A DNA stretch of 64,000 nt from Acidobacteriota bacterium (GCA_965263035.1 OZ253580.1:4352001-4416000); one strand, 5' to 3'. Numbered from the stretch's first letter, positions 39,570 through 50,273 are shown. Translations and numbers: made by a program. Notes: generated from the letters alone by a model not told the origin.

Positions 39570-40675
39570 TTGAGGGAGGGTTGCTCTTTGCCGGAGGAGG
39601 GACCGGGGGGCACGTCTATATGGCGGTGGCGGTCATCCAACGCCTACGGGAGTTGGGATCGAGTCCGGAGATTCTCTTTGTGGGAACCCGCCGGGGACTT
39701 GAGAATCGAATTCTGCCGGATCTGGGTGTGACGGTGGAGAGGATTTCGTTGGGAGGACTCAAACGAACCGGTCTCCTGAAGGCGTTCCAAACCCTGCTTC
39801 AACTCCCGGCGGCGATGCTCCGGGCAGTGGGAATTGTCCGCCGCTTTCGGCCCGCGGCGGTTGTGGGACTGGGCGGCTATTCCTCCGGGCCCGTGGTCCT
39901 GGTGGCGTCCTGGATGCGCATACCGTGTCTCGTGATCGAGCCCAACGTCCACCCGGGTCTCGCCAACCGGCTATTGGTTCCCTGGGTGGACAGAGTGGCG
40001 GTGGCGTTCGAAGAAACGGCCGGGCGCTTGGGACAAAAGGCCCGGTTGACCGGAATCCCCGTCCGCCCTCATTTCCACCAAGAGCGGAAGCCCCCGAACC
40101 CTGGAGGACCCCTCAAGGTGCTGATCTTCGGGGGCAGTCAAGGGAGCGTCGCCATCAATCGCATGGTTTGTGAGGCGTTGGAAGAGCTTGCACCCGAACG
40201 CATCCGGCTGATTCACCAGACCGGGCCGCGTGACCTGGGTCAGGTGGAGGAGCGTTACCGGAAGTTGGGCTTTTTCGGCGCGGTTCTGGAGTACATCCAC
40301 GATATGCCGGAACGGTTGCACTGGGCCGATCTGGTGATCTGCCGGGCCGGAGCGTTGACCCTGGCCGAAGTCACGGCAGCGGGAAAGGCCTCGATCTTGA
40401 TTCCGTATCCCTATGCGGCCGATGACCACCAACGGACCAACGCTCAGGCTCTGGTCCGCCGGGGCGCCGCCCTGATTCTGGAAGAGGGAGTGGAAGCCGG
40501 ACCCGCACTGGCCCGGATGATTCGGGATTTGGACCGTGACCGGCTTCAGCTCGGCGCTCTGGCTGAAGCCAGTGGGTCTCTGGGCGATCCCCGTAGTTGC
40601 GACCGGATCATCGAGGTGCTCACGGAATTGGTGAATGAAGAGAGGAGTGGCACGGATCGAATTCGGACACCGTAG
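39566..40675 (+). CDS. murG: undecaprenyl-PP-MurNAc-pentapeptide GlcNAc transferase
   Basis: GGGTGGH, GGY, GGSQGS, RAGALT, DHQRTNA. Confidence 0.96.
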   Translation: MIEGGLLFAGGGTGGHVYMAVAVIQRLRELGSSPEILFVGTRRGLENRILPDLGVTVERISLGGLKRTGLLKAFQTLLQLPAAMLRAVGIVRRFRPAAVVGLGGYSSGPVVLVASWMRIPCLVIEPNVHPGLANRLLVPWVDRVAVAFEETAGRLGQKARLTGIPVRPHFHQERKPPNPGGPLKVLIFGGSQGSVAINRMVCEALEELAPERIRLIHQTGPRDLGQVEERYRKLGFFGAVLEYIHDMPERLHWADLVICRAGALTLAEVTAAGKASILIPYPYAADDHQRTNAQALVRRGAALILEEGVEAGPALARMIRDLDRDRLQLGALAEASGSLGDPRSCDRIIEVLTELVNEERSGTDRIRTP

Positions 40676-40697
40676 GGGCACCCCTTGCGGGTGCCCT
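40672..40697 (+). repeat. GTAG-type REP hairpin
   Basis: GTAG GGGCACCC CTTGC GGGTGCCC T; contains the murG stop; related copy at 45581-45606. Confidence 0.75.
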
Positions 40698-40727
40698 CTT
40701 GCGTCCCGGCAACGGCAAAGAAGATCA

Positions 40728-40758
40728 GGAGTGAGAGGAAAGAGGAAAGAGGAGTGAG
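40728..40758 (+). repeat. purine heptamer tract overlapping the murC SD and start
   Basis: GGAGTGA GAGGAAA GAGGAAA GAGGAGT GAG. Confidence 0.55.
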
Positions 40759-42127
40759 CACTCAAGGTCTTGATCAGTTCCGGAGAGTCCATTTCGTCGG
40801 CATCGGCGGGGTAGGGATGAGCGGAATCGCCCAGATTCTGGCCCAGAGGGGTTGGGAGGTCTCAGGTTCCGATCTGGTCAGCAGCGACGCCGTGTCCAGT
40901 CTCCGTTCGCTTGGAGTCCGGGTCTGTATCGGACACAGCCCGGACAACCTGGGAGATGCCGAGATCGTGGCCTTTTCCAGTGCCGTTGTCAGGGAGAACC
41001 CCGAACTCCAAGAGGCTCGGAGACGGGGAATCATGGTGGTGCACCGAGCAGATCTGCTGGCCGAGATCGTGGCCGGCGGTGAAGGGATCGCCATCTCCGG
41101 AACCCATGGAAAGACGACCACCACCTCCATGATCGGTGTGCTCCTCCTCGAAGCCGGCCTGGACCCCACAATCCTGGTGGGAGCCCGGGCCGTGGACCTG
41201 GGCGGCAACGCGCGTCTCGGAAAGGGGCCCTGGGTCGTAGCGGAGGCGGACGAAAGCGACGGCAGCTTTCTGAAGCTCCGTCCCCGGTACGCGGTGGTGA
41301 CCAATGTGGACCGGGATCATCTGGACTACTACGGCGGACTCGAGGAAATCGGCGACGCTTTCGTCGCCTTCATGAACCAGCTTCCCGCGGCTGGGCGCGC
41401 GGTCGTTTGTACAGACGATTCCAACCTCCGGCGGCTCCTGAAAAAGGTTCACCGGCCCATGATAACGTACGGCACGACACCTGCCGCCGATGTCTGGGCC
41501 GAGGCGGTGGAGTGGACGTCCGGAGGTGCTTCCTTTGGGTGTGTCTACCGGGGCGACCGGCTGGGGAGGCTCCGGCTGAACGTGCCGGGACGGCATAACG
41601 TGTTGAATTCTTTGGCCGCAGTTGCCGTGGGGCTTGAGTTGCAGGTGCCCTTTGAAGTGATTCGGCGGGCTCTGGGGACCTTTTCCGGCGCGGAACGGCG
41701 TCTGGAGTTCAAGGGCACGCGCGAGGGGGTCCGGGTGATGGACGATTACGGCCATCATCCGGTTGAGATCCGAACCACGTTGGACGCGTGCCGCCAGATG
41801 GGACGGAGATTGGTCGTGGTGTTTCAGCCGCATCGTTACACGCGAACCCTGCATTTGAGGTCGGAGTTGGCCGAGTGCTTCCAAGACGCGGATCGCCTTT
41901 ATCTGATGGATGTCTATCCGGCAGGGGAGGCGCCTGTCGCCGGTGGGCTCGGCGAGGATCTGTTCCGGGCGGTGGGCCGGCACCGCCAGGTCTGCTACCA
42001 GCCGCAACGAGACGCCCTGTTGCGGTCCGTGCGGGAAGAGGTGATGCCGGGAGACCTGCTCCTGACGCTGGGTGCAGGCAACGTCTGGAGGATCGGGGAG
42101 GATTTTCTGAAGGGCCGGGCCGATTGA
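40754..42127 (+). CDS. murC: UDP-MurNAc--L-alanine ligase
   Basis: GIGGVGMSG, GTHGKTTT, EADESD, DDYGHHP, FQPHRY. Confidence 0.97.
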   Translation: MSTQGLDQFRRVHFVGIGGVGMSGIAQILAQRGWEVSGSDLVSSDAVSSLRSLGVRVCIGHSPDNLGDAEIVAFSSAVVRENPELQEARRRGIMVVHRADLLAEIVAGGEGIAISGTHGKTTTTSMIGVLLLEAGLDPTILVGARAVDLGGNARLGKGPWVVAEADESDGSFLKLRPRYAVVTNVDRDHLDYYGGLEEIGDAFVAFMNQLPAAGRAVVCTDDSNLRRLLKKVHRPMITYGTTPAADVWAEAVEWTSGGASFGCVYRGDRLGRLRLNVPGRHNVLNSLAAVAVGLELQVPFEVIRRALGTFSGAERRLEFKGTREGVRVMDDYGHHPVEIRTTLDACRQMGRRLVVVFQPHRYTRTLHLRSELAECFQDADRLYLMDVYPAGEAPVAGGLGEDLFRAVGRHRQVCYQPQRDALLRSVREEVMPGDLLLTLGAGNVWRIGEDFLKGRAD

Positions 42128-42147
42128 AGGCGCCGGAAGTGTAGAAG

Positions 42148-42960
42148 ATGCCAGTCAAACGCTCTCGCAAGCTGGGTATCTTGCTGGTCTTTGCCGGACG
42201 TTTTCTGGGGACGGGTTTCATGATCTTGGCGCTCCTGATGGCGCTTCGACATGCGTCTTACTCTTCCCCGGGAGCGACGCTTTTCGGCCTTCGGGATATT
42301 CGCTTCGAGGGGACCGAGCATCTCTCCTGGCAGAAACTGAAGTCGTTCATGCTTGAGACCTATTCGGGAAACATCCTGCGGATCGACCTGGAACAGCTCA
42401 AGGATCTGGTGGAATCCGAGTCCTGGGTGAGGACGGCGACCGTGCGCCGCCAGCTGGCCGGACAGCTCATCGTCCGGGTCCGGGAGCGTGTTCCGGTGGC
42501 CGTTGCCGCTATCGACCAGGATCTCTACATCGTCGACGAAGAGGGAGTCGTGTTGGATCGTTACGGATCCAGCCACGTGCAATTGGATGGGCCGATTCTG
42601 AAGGGCCTTGGGAACATTGCCCGGGAGAACCCTTCCGCTACCCGGGATAATCTCGAGAAGATGGGAATCTTTTCCAGATTGATGTCCGATCTGAGTTCTT
42701 CCGAAGGGGACTATACCCGCTCCATATCAGAAGTTTTGCTGGCGGACCCGGATCGGGTTGCCATCGTCAGGGAGGACGATCCGGTCCCCATCTACCTGGG
42801 AAGCGGCCGTTTCCGGGAGCGGTATGAGAACTTTCTGGCCCAGCAGGACATTTACCGGCAACTGAAGAAGGAGTATGGCCACATCGAATATATCGACGTC
42901 TCCTTTGAAAACAAGATCATATTTCATACTCCGGGCGAGTCTCGCGAAAGGAGCACCTGA
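42148..42960 (+). CDS. ftsQ: cell division protein FtsQ
   Basis: TM plus POTRA domain (WVRTATVRR, VRERVPVA), YIDVSF; position before ftsA. Confidence 0.88.
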   Translation: MPVKRSRKLGILLVFAGRFLGTGFMILALLMALRHASYSSPGATLFGLRDIRFEGTEHLSWQKLKSFMLETYSGNILRIDLEQLKDLVESESWVRTATVRRQLAGQLIVRVRERVPVAVAAIDQDLYIVDEEGVVLDRYGSSHVQLDGPILKGLGNIARENPSATRDNLEKMGIFSRLMSDLSSSEGDYTRSISEVLLADPDRVAIVREDDPVPIYLGSGRFRERYENFLAQQDIYRQLKKEYGHIEYIDVSFENKIIFHTPGESRERST

Positions 42961-43023
42961 TCACAGATCCCGAACTGGCTTGAGCCGGAGAATCGCCATC
43001 GGGGCTTGGATGGAACCAAATCG

Positions 43024-44262
43024 ATGAGGAAGAAAACGCTGGTCGGAGTCGATGTCGGAACTACCAAGATCTGTTCCGTCATCGCACGAGTGGAGCAGGA
43101 CAGTTTCCGGGTCGCCGGTGTGGGCGTCAGTCCATCGACCGGACTCAAGAAGGGCGTGGTCGTCAATCTGACGGAGACCATCGAGAGTGTGAAGAGATCG
43201 CTCGACCAGGCGGAGCAGGACGCGCAAGTTGGGGTCGATTCGGTTTTCGTGAGCGTCGGCGGGGTCCATGTCCAGGGCCTCAACCGGTCCGGCAAGACCG
43301 AGATCAGGAGCAAGACCGGCGAGATCGACAAGGACGACATCAATCGAGCGCTGGCCGACGCCAAATCGATTCAACTCCCCCGGGATTACGAGATCATTCA
43401 CATGCTGACCCAGGGCTTTACCGTGGATGGCCAGGGACACACGAAGGATCCACTCGGTCTGGTCGGCCGTCGTCTCTCCGTCAATCTGCACCTGGTGCTC
43501 AACGCTGCTGCCGCACTTCAAAACGTCGTCAACGCCGTCAACAAGGTCGGCGTGGGTGTGAACGGCGTGGTGATGCAACAGTTGGCATCCGCCGAGGCCG
43601 TGCTGGCCGAAGATGAAAAGGAACTCGGCGTCATCCTCTTGGATATAGGCGGGGGAACGACTGACTTCGCATTTTACCGGCTGGGGAGCATCTGGGAGTC
43701 GGCGGTCCTGCCCATAGGAGGAGACCTGGTCACCAAGGACATCGCCATCGGGCTCAAGGTGACCCTGGAAGAGGCGGAGCGACTCAAGAAGGATCAAGGA
43801 ACGGTCTTCCCCGAGCGGGTGGATTCGGAAGCAGTGCTCGAGGTCCGCGAGATCGGGACCGGTCGCCCCCGGACTCTCCTCTACCGGGATCTGTGCCGAG
43901 TGATTCAGGCTCGCTGCCAGGAGATTCTGCTTGAAGTGCGGAAGCTGGTGGATGAGATCCACATGCGCAGGGAAATGCTGACCGGTGTGGTGCTCACCGG
44001 CGGGGGAGCGCTGATGGATGGGCTGGCGGAACAGGCCGAGGAGATCCTGGAGATGCCGGCTCGCGTGGGCTACCCCATGCCCATGGAATCGGAGAAGGAA
44101 TTGGCCTTCGATCCATCCCACGCAACCGCTCTGGGTCTTTTGAGATACGCATTGGAGATGCATAGCATAGGGTCGGGCAATGGTGCCGGGACGATGTTGC
44201 CGGAACCCACCAGAGCCAGGCGGGGTGGCCTGATGAACTGGTTCTTTCGCAAGATCACGTAG
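43024..44262 (+). CDS. ftsA: cell division protein FtsA
   Basis: DVGTTKI, DIGGGTTD, VLTGGGA, amphipathic C-terminus. Confidence 0.96.
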   Translation: MRKKTLVGVDVGTTKICSVIARVEQDSFRVAGVGVSPSTGLKKGVVVNLTETIESVKRSLDQAEQDAQVGVDSVFVSVGGVHVQGLNRSGKTEIRSKTGEIDKDDINRALADAKSIQLPRDYEIIHMLTQGFTVDGQGHTKDPLGLVGRRLSVNLHLVLNAAAALQNVVNAVNKVGVGVNGVVMQQLASAEAVLAEDEKELGVILLDIGGGTTDFAFYRLGSIWESAVLPIGGDLVTKDIAIGLKVTLEEAERLKKDQGTVFPERVDSEAVLEVREIGTGRPRTLLYRDLCRVIQARCQEILLEVRKLVDEIHMRREMLTGVVLTGGGALMDGLAEQAEEILEMPARVGYPMPMESEKELAFDPSHATALGLLRYALEMHSIGSGNGAGTMLPEPTRARRGGLMNWFFRKIT

Positions 44263-44359
44263 CGGTTGAAGGTCGCCGGCGGCACCCGGTCGAGTGCCGC
44301 GGCAAATATGCCACGATCCTGTAGGTAATTGGTGCGAAGATTCGTCTGGGAGGCAACCC

Positions 44360-45517
44360 ATGGACCATCCGGAATTCGACGATAACGGCAGCGTGAAATG
44401 GGTTTTTGAAGACGACTTGGGGAGTGAGGCCCGTATCAAGGTCATCGGTGTGGGCGGCGGGGGCGGAAACGCCGTCAATCGCATGGTCCGGATGGGTGTC
44501 CAAGGTGTCGACTTCATAGCCGCCAACACCGACCTTCAGGCGCTCAGGCAGTCGAAAGCAGGGGTCAGGATCCAACTCGGCAACAAGATCACGAAGGGGC
44601 TGGGAGCCGGCTCGAACCCTGAAATCGGCCGGCAGGCCGCCTTGGAGGATACCGAGCGGATCCTGGATCTGCTGGAGGGCTCGGACATGGTCTTCGTGAC
44701 CGCAGGGCTCGGGGGCGGCACCGGAACTGGCGGAGCGCCCCTAATCGCGGACTTGGCTCGTCAATTGGGAGCTCTCACCGTGGCCGTAGTGACGACCCCT
44801 TTCGTTTTCGAGGGCCGACGGAGAACGCAGCAGGCGCAACGGGGTCTGGAGGAACTGAAGGAGAACGCGGACACGGTCGTCACGGTGCCCAACGAGCGGC
44901 TGTTGGATGCCTTGGCTCCCGGCACACCGCTGGCCGACGCCTTCGCCTATGCCGACGACATCCTCTGCCAAGCGGTTCAGGGAATCGCCGACCTCATCAA
45001 TGTGCCCGGGTTCATCAATTTGGACTTCGCCGATATCAAGACCATCATGAGCAGCACTGGACTGGCTCTGATGGGTACCGGCCTGGGGGAAGGGGCAGAT
45101 CGGGCGATAACGGCCGCCACCAGCGCGGTGAGCAGTCCCTTGTTGGACGACGCTACCATCCAGGGCGCCCAGGGCGTTCTCATCAACATCACGGCCGGCG
45201 AAAGTCTCACTCTGCACGAGGTCAACGAAGCCAGCGGCCTGATCCAGAATGCAGCCGATCCCAACGCCAACATCATCTTCGGTTCGGTGCTGGACCAGAA
45301 CATGGGGGACCGGATCAAGATCACTGTGATCGCCACTGGGTTCAGCGACTCGACAGGCGAGCGAAAAGGCCAGGCCGCCAACGCCGCCGGAGACAGTCGC
45401 GGAGAGTCCTTCTCCTCGGACCGGCCCGACGGCAAGCCCATCGCCGTTCCCCCGATCCCGGTCATGAGCCGGGAAATGGACGTGCCGGCCATTCTTCGTC
45501 AGGGGCGAAGAGACTGA
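44360..45517 (+). CDS. ftsZ: cell division protein FtsZ
   Basis: [24 protein letters not shown]-terminal DVPAILR; GGGAGG SD. Confidence 0.98.
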   Translation: MDHPEFDDNGSVKWVFEDDLGSEARIKVIGVGGGGGNAVNRMVRMGVQGVDFIAANTDLQALRQSKAGVRIQLGNKITKGLGAGSNPEIGRQAALEDTERILDLLEGSDMVFVTAGLGGGTGTGGAPLIADLARQLGALTVAVVTTPFVFEGRRRTQQAQRGLEELKENADTVVTVPNERLLDALAPGTPLADAFAYADDILCQAVQGIADLINVPGFINLDFADIKTIMSSTGLALMGTGLGEGADRAITAATSAVSSPLLDDATIQGAQGVLINITAGESLTLHEVNEASGLIQNAADPNANIIFGSVLDQNMGDRIKITVIATGFSDSTGERKGQAANAAGDSRGESFSSDRPDGKPIAVPPIPVMSREMDVPAILRQGRRD

Positions 45518-45606
45518 AGGAGGGGCGATTTCCAATCGCCCACGCTTACATTCTTCGTCTTGCTCCGATTTGGACGGAAGAGGGCGCCCACAAGGGGCGT
45601 CCCTAC
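45518..45606. repeat. REP-like hairpin doublet between convergent ftsZ and Nudix genes
   Basis: AGGAG GGGCGATT TCC AATCGCCC (+, 45518-45541) and GTAG GGACGCCC CTTGT GGGCGCCC T (-, 45581-45606). Confidence 0.7.
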
Positions 45607-46022
45607 GTGTTTCTCGTCATTTCCCCAAGTTTCCGGACGATTGAGTCGTTGGCCGGTGGGAACCGGTAGGAAGAGACATCGGTCAAATCGACCCAACGAC
45701 CTTGGCTCAGGGACGGCGGCGACGGTAGCCGGCACAGAAAGAACCGGATATCGACCGTCTGCTCCGGGTAGCAATAGCTGGCTCTGCCATACAACTCCAC
45801 CGGGTATTCGGACAGGTCCAGGCCCAATTCCTCCCGGACTTCCCGTCTCAGGCCGGCCCGCACGCTTTCCCCCGGCTTCAGCTTCCCGCCCGGGAATTCC
45901 CAGCAGCCCATGAGGCTGTCCCGGGTCCGGCGCGATTGGATCCAGACCCGACCCTGGGACAGGAGAATGGCAACGGCCACGTCCACGCGGGGGGACGCCG
46001 CCGCTTTGGGCGGCCGGGTCAC
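45603..46022 (-). CDS. MutT-like Nudix hydrolase
   Basis: WEFPGGKLKPGES...RREVREELG Nudix box; FPPAN; GTGA overlap with the upstream gene. Confidence 0.88.
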   Translation of the reverse strand: MTRPPKAAASPRVDVAVAILLSQGRVWIQSRRTRDSLMGCWEFPGGKLKPGESVRAGLRREVREELGLDLSEYPVELYGRASYCYPEQTVDIRFFLCRLPSPPSLSQGRWVDLTDVSSYRFPPANDSIVRKLGEMTRNT

Positions 46023-47104
46023 CTGATCCGGCCTCTGGCCTCCACGGCCCACTCCTCCAGGACCTCCTGGCCCCGGTATGGGAAGATCGCATCGTGGAGA
46101 TTGACGGCGCCACAGATGTGGTTGGGGATGATCCGGAGCCGTTGTCCTACCTCGAGGCGCACGTCCGGCGGGAGCTTCAGAAATCCGTGCTCCTCATTCA
46201 TGAAGAAAAGGGTCATCTCCGGGTAGCCCTTGACCAGCCCGTAGCCTTTCCGTGTGCCCGGACCCAGCGGGTCGTTGGAGAAGGTCTTGGAACCGCCGTC
46301 GACGATGACTCGTCCGGGGACGGCGTTGCTGATGACGGTGACCAGCAGCGAGGCCGCACACTGTTCTTCGGTGCAGGTCTTCCACTCCAAGGTGTTGCGG
46401 TCGTTGAAGATATAGGTTCCCGGACGCATCTCGTCCAGGCCCGGAATCTGGTGGCAGTAAGGCGCGGACGGAGTGCTCCCGCCCGAGATCCTGGGGACGG
46501 GGAACTTCTCGGCCGCGAAGAGCTCCAGGACCCGTTGCAGGTCGTTGACCAGCTTCTCGACGCTATCGGTATTGCCGTCGAAGTCGGGGTGGACATGGCC
46601 CGGATAGAACATGAGCCCTTCGAAGTCGAGGCCGGGAGTGGCTTCGATGAGACGGGCGAGACGGACCGCCTCCGGACCGGGCGGGACCCCGCAGCGGCGG
46701 GCTCCCAGATCGACCTCCACGTAGACCGGGATCCGGCCGCCGTCGGCGGCGCGGCCGGTCGTGGCGACGGCCTCTTCCGAGTCGAGGCTGACCGATACTC
46801 GAGCCCGCTCCAGCACGGCCCGGAGGCGCCGGGCCTTGCTCTCGCCGATGGGAGGATAGGCGAGCATCAGGTCATCCAACCCGGCTTCGCTCATGACTTC
46901 GGCCTCGCCCAGCTTGGCGACGGTGATGCCGCAGGCTCCCAATTCCACCTGCTGCCGCGCCAAACGAGGCATCTTGTGGGTCTTGATGTGAGGCCGTAGA
47001 GCGATACCGTGCAGCTCGGCGTAAGCCGCCATCCTCCTGAGATTGTCCTCCACGACCTCCACGTCGATGATCATTGCGGGTGTTTCCAAATCATCGAGTT
47101 TCAT
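46019..47104 (-). CDS. D-threonine aldolase/D-serine dehydratase family PLP enzyme (fold III)
   Basis: LETP, RPHIKTHK, SGGSTP, EMRPGTY, EEHG, PNHIC. Confidence 0.9.
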   Translation of the reverse strand: MKLDDLETPAMIIDVEVVEDNLRRMAAYAELHGIALRPHIKTHKMPRLARQQVELGACGITVAKLGEAEVMSEAGLDDLMLAYPPIGESKARRLRAVLERARVSVSLDSEEAVATTGRAADGGRIPVYVEVDLGARRCGVPPGPEAVRLARLIEATPGLDFEGLMFYPGHVHPDFDGNTDSVEKLVNDLQRVLELFAAEKFPVPRISGGSTPSAPYCHQIPGLDEMRPGTYIFNDRNTLEWKTCTEEQCAASLLVTVISNAVPGRVIVDGGSKTFSNDPLGPGTRKGYGLVKGYPEMTLFFMNEEHGFLKLPPDVRLEVGQRLRIIPNHICGAVNLHDAIFPYRGQEVLEEWAVEARGRIR

Positions 47105-47130
47105 GACGGCTACCTCCGGATATGATCTCA

Positions 47131-47736
47131 CTACTCGGGCATGATTCGGACTCTTCGACCCTCGACTCGGACCCGTTTCTGGCAGACCAGCTCCAGAGCT
47201 TCGGGGTAGATCTGGTGCTCGTTCACCAGGATTCGAGCGGAGAGGCTCTCCTCGGTGTCGCCTGCTTCGACGGGAACCGGGTGTTGGAGGATGATGGCGC
47301 CATGGTCCAGCTCCTCGTCCACGAAGTGTACGGTACAGCCGGTCACCTTGGCGCCCCACTCCAAGGCTTGGCGCTGAGCATGCAGTCCCGGAAAGGCCGG
47401 GAGGAGTGAAGGATGGATGTTGAGAATCCGAAGTGGGTACTGTTTCACCAGTTCGGGGCCGAGAATACGCATGAACCCGGCCAGGCAGACGAGATTCACC
47501 TGGGCCGATTTCAACTCACGGGCCAGCAGGCGGCTGTAGGCGTCTCGCCCCAGACCCTTGGACGGGACGCAGACGGCTGTGTAGTTGCGCTCTCTGGCCA
47601 GTTCCAGACCCGCGGCCGACGCCCGGTTGGAGAGGACGAGGGAGATCCGGGCCGGTATTCGTCCCTCTTCAATGGCGTCGGACAGAGCCCGGAAGTTGGA
47701 GCCTCGGCCGCTGATGAGAATACCGACGTTGTTCAT
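47131..47736 (-). CDS. purN: phosphoribosylglycinamide formyltransferase
   Basis: ISGRGSN, LAGFMRIL, NIHPSLLP, GCTVHFV. Confidence 0.97.
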   Translation of the reverse strand: MNNVGILISGRGSNFRALSDAIEEGRIPARISLVLSNRASAAGLELARERNYTAVCVPSKGLGRDAYSRLLARELKSAQVNLVCLAGFMRILGPELVKQYPLRILNIHPSLLPAFPGLHAQRQALEWGAKVTGCTVHFVDEELDHGAIILQHPVPVEAGDTEESLSARILVNEHQIYPEALELVCQKRVRVEGRRVRIMPE

Positions 47737-48755
47737 CTGTATTCGACCTTCCCCTCTCCCTCCCCGATTTCCCCAACCAGGACGCACCTTTCCCCGGCCC
47801 GTTCCAGCTCCCTCATGACCGTTTCGATACCGTTCCGGTCCACGACCAGGATCATGCCCAGACCCAGATTGAAGGTCCGGTACATTTCGGCCTCTTCCAC
47901 CCGTCCCAGTTCCTGAATCAGGCGAAAGATGGGGAGATTCTCCCAGCTACCCCGGCGGACTCGAGCGTCCAGGCCCGGAGGAAGCACTCGAGCCAAATTG
48001 TCCGTGATACCGCCGCCGGTGATGTGCGCCACGGCGTGGAGAGCGTCCTGCCCCAAGAGTCTCCGGAGCACCGGGAGATAATTTCGGTGGGGGATCAGCA
48101 ACTCTTCTCCCAGGGTTTTCCCCAGGGCCTCGACGTGGGTGTCGACGCTCATGCTCTCCTGCTCAAAGAAGAGTTTGCGGACCAGGGAATAGCCGTTGGT
48201 GTGAAGTCCGGAAGAGGGGAGTCCCACCAGCAGGTCCCCCTGGCGGACCCGACTCCTGTTGGGGACCCTGGATTCGTCCGCCATCCCCACGATGAACCCG
48301 GCAAGGTCATATTCTCCCTCCCGGTAGAAGTCGGGCATTTCGGCGGTCTCTCCACCCAGCAGAACGCAGCCGGCCTCCCGGCAGCCTTCGACCAGCCCCC
48401 TTACCACCTCCCGGACCACCTGCGGTTCGAGCTTTCCGGTGGCGATGTAGTCGAGAAAGAAAAGGGGACGGGCCCCATGGACCAGGATGTCGTTGGTACA
48501 GTGAGCCACCAGGTCCATTCCCACGGTTCCATGTATGCCGGTCAGGAAGGCGATCTTGAGCTTGGTGCCCACTCCGTCGGCGCTGGAGACCAGTATCGGT
48601 CTCTCCAGTTCGTGGAAGTCGGGCCGGTAGAGACCCGAGAAGGTCCCGAAATCGGTCAAGACCCGGGAGTCGAAAGTGGACTGGACCAGACCCCGAATCC
48701 CGGCGTAGGCCCGGTTGGCGGCATCCACGTCCACCCCGGCGTCGCGATACCTCAT
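47733..48755 (-). CDS. purM: AIR synthetase
   Basis: YRDAGVD, DGVGTK, GGETAEMP, HTNGYSL, HITGGG. Confidence 0.97.
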   Translation of the reverse strand: MRYRDAGVDVDAANRAYAGIRGLVQSTFDSRVLTDFGTFSGLYRPDFHELERPILVSSADGVGTKLKIAFLTGIHGTVGMDLVAHCTNDILVHGARPLFFLDYIATGKLEPQVVREVVRGLVEGCREAGCVLLGGETAEMPDFYREGEYDLAGFIVGMADESRVPNRSRVRQGDLLVGLPSSGLHTNGYSLVRKLFFEQESMSVDTHVEALGKTLGEELLIPHRNYLPVLRRLLGQDALHAVAHITGGGITDNLARVLPPGLDARVRRGSWENLPIFRLIQELGRVEEAEMYRTFNLGLGMILVVDRNGIETVMRELERAGERCVLVGEIGEGEGKVEYR

Positions 48756-50182
48756 TTCACCGGAGGGTTCTGAGCCATTCCGCTACCGGCCAGTTCGAAC
48801 AGCTGTTTCTGGCCCGAATCTCGAGTGGGCGGGATGGGGTATTTCTGGTCGAAACAGGCCGCACAGAAGTTCCCCCGATCGGACACGGATTCCTTCATGC
48901 CCTCCAGGGAGAGGTAGGCGAGACTGTCGGCTCCTACGTGCTTGCGGATCCCCTCGACGGTGTTGTTGGAAGCGATGAGTTCGGCGTGAGTCGGCGTGTC
49001 GATGCCGTAATAGCAGGGTGAGACGGTGGGCGGGGAACTGACGCGCAGGTGGACCTCGGTGGCGCCCGCCGCGCGGACCATTTCAACGATCTTGCGGCTC
49101 GTCGTTCCCCGAACCACCGAGTCGTCGCAGAGGACGACCCTCTTCCCCGACAGCAGTTCCCGGATGGGGTTCAGCTTGACCTTGACGCCGAAATGCCGGA
49201 TGGATTGCTTGGGTTCGATGAAGGTCCTGCCCACATAGTGATTGCGGATCAGACCGAACTGGAAGGGAATGCCCGACTCCTTGGCATAGCCCACGGCGGC
49301 CGTGACGCCCGAATCCGGAACCGGGACCACCACGTCCGCGTCGGCCGGGGCCTCACGGGCCAGCCGGCGGCCCATCCGGTAGCGGGCTCCGTGGACGCTC
49401 TGCCCGAAGACCCGGCTGTCCGGCCGGCTGAAATAGACTTGCTCGAAGATGCAGAAGGCGTGGCGCGACGCGTCGGGTTGCCGAAAGGAATGGAGCGAAC
49501 CGTCCTGGATTCGCAAGATCTCGCCCGGTTCGACATCCCGCAGATAGCGTGCCCCGATCAGGTCGAAGGCGCAGGTCTCGGAGGCGACCACGTACGCTTC
49601 CTCCAACTGGCCCAGGCAGAGCGGACGCACGCCCATGGGGTCCCGGATGGCGTAAATGCAATCCGGACGCTGCAATAGCATGGAGTAGGCGCCCCGGATG
49701 ACCTGGAGGATCTCCAGCAGGGCGTCGTCCAGATTCTTAGTCGGACAGCGAGCCAGAAGATGGAGGATGACTTCGGTGTCGCTGGTGGACTGGAAGATGG
49801 CCCCTTCCGCTTCCAGGTTCCGTCTCAGCGACCCGGTGTTGACGATGTTCCCGTTGTGGGCCAGGGCGACGGGTCCGCGCCAGGATTGGGTGACGATGGG
49901 CTGGGCGTTGGCCAGCAGGTTCTCACCCATGGTGGAGTAGCGGACGTGGGCCGTAGCCGACAGGCCCGGCAGCCTTTCCAGCTTCTCGTCGCTGAAGACC
50001 TCGGCGACGTAGCCCAGGCCCCTTTCCTGGTGCAGCCGCGTCCCGTCGGAGGAGACGATTCCGGCCGACTCCTGGCCTCGATGCTGGAGGGCGTAGAGTC
50101 CCAAATAGGCGTGACGGGCCGCCTCAGGGTGAGAGGCGATGCCAAAGACACCGCACTCGTCGTGAAACTTGTCCTCATGCAT
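48752..50182 (-). CDS. purF: amidophosphoribosyltransferase (propeptide, Fe-S type)
   Basis: DECGVFG, LQHRGQE, HNG, DDSVVRGTT, CAAC. Confidence 0.97.
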   Translation of the reverse strand: MHEDKFHDECGVFGIASHPEAARHAYLGLYALQHRGQESAGIVSSDGTRLHQERGLGYVAEVFSDEKLERLPGLSATAHVRYSTMGENLLANAQPIVTQSWRGPVALAHNGNIVNTGSLRRNLEAEGAIFQSTSDTEVILHLLARCPTKNLDDALLEILQVIRGAYSMLLQRPDCIYAIRDPMGVRPLCLGQLEEAYVVASETCAFDLIGARYLRDVEPGEILRIQDGSLHSFRQPDASRHAFCIFEQVYFSRPDSRVFGQSVHGARYRMGRRLAREAPADADVVVPVPDSGVTAAVGYAKESGIPFQFGLIRNHYVGRTFIEPKQSIRHFGVKVKLNPIRELLSGKRVVLCDDSVVRGTTSRKIVEMVRAAGATEVHLRVSSPPTVSPCYYGIDTPTHAELIASNNTVEGIRKHVGADSLAYLSLEGMKESVSDRGNFCAACFDQKYPIPPTRDSGQKQLFELAGSGMAQNPPVK

Positions 50183-50273
50183 GGACTTCTGCGTTTTCGG
50201 AAGGGTCCGCGCGGAGGCTGACCTCCACGGCGGCAATATATTCCCCTGCGGACGGCAAATCAATATGGAAGAT

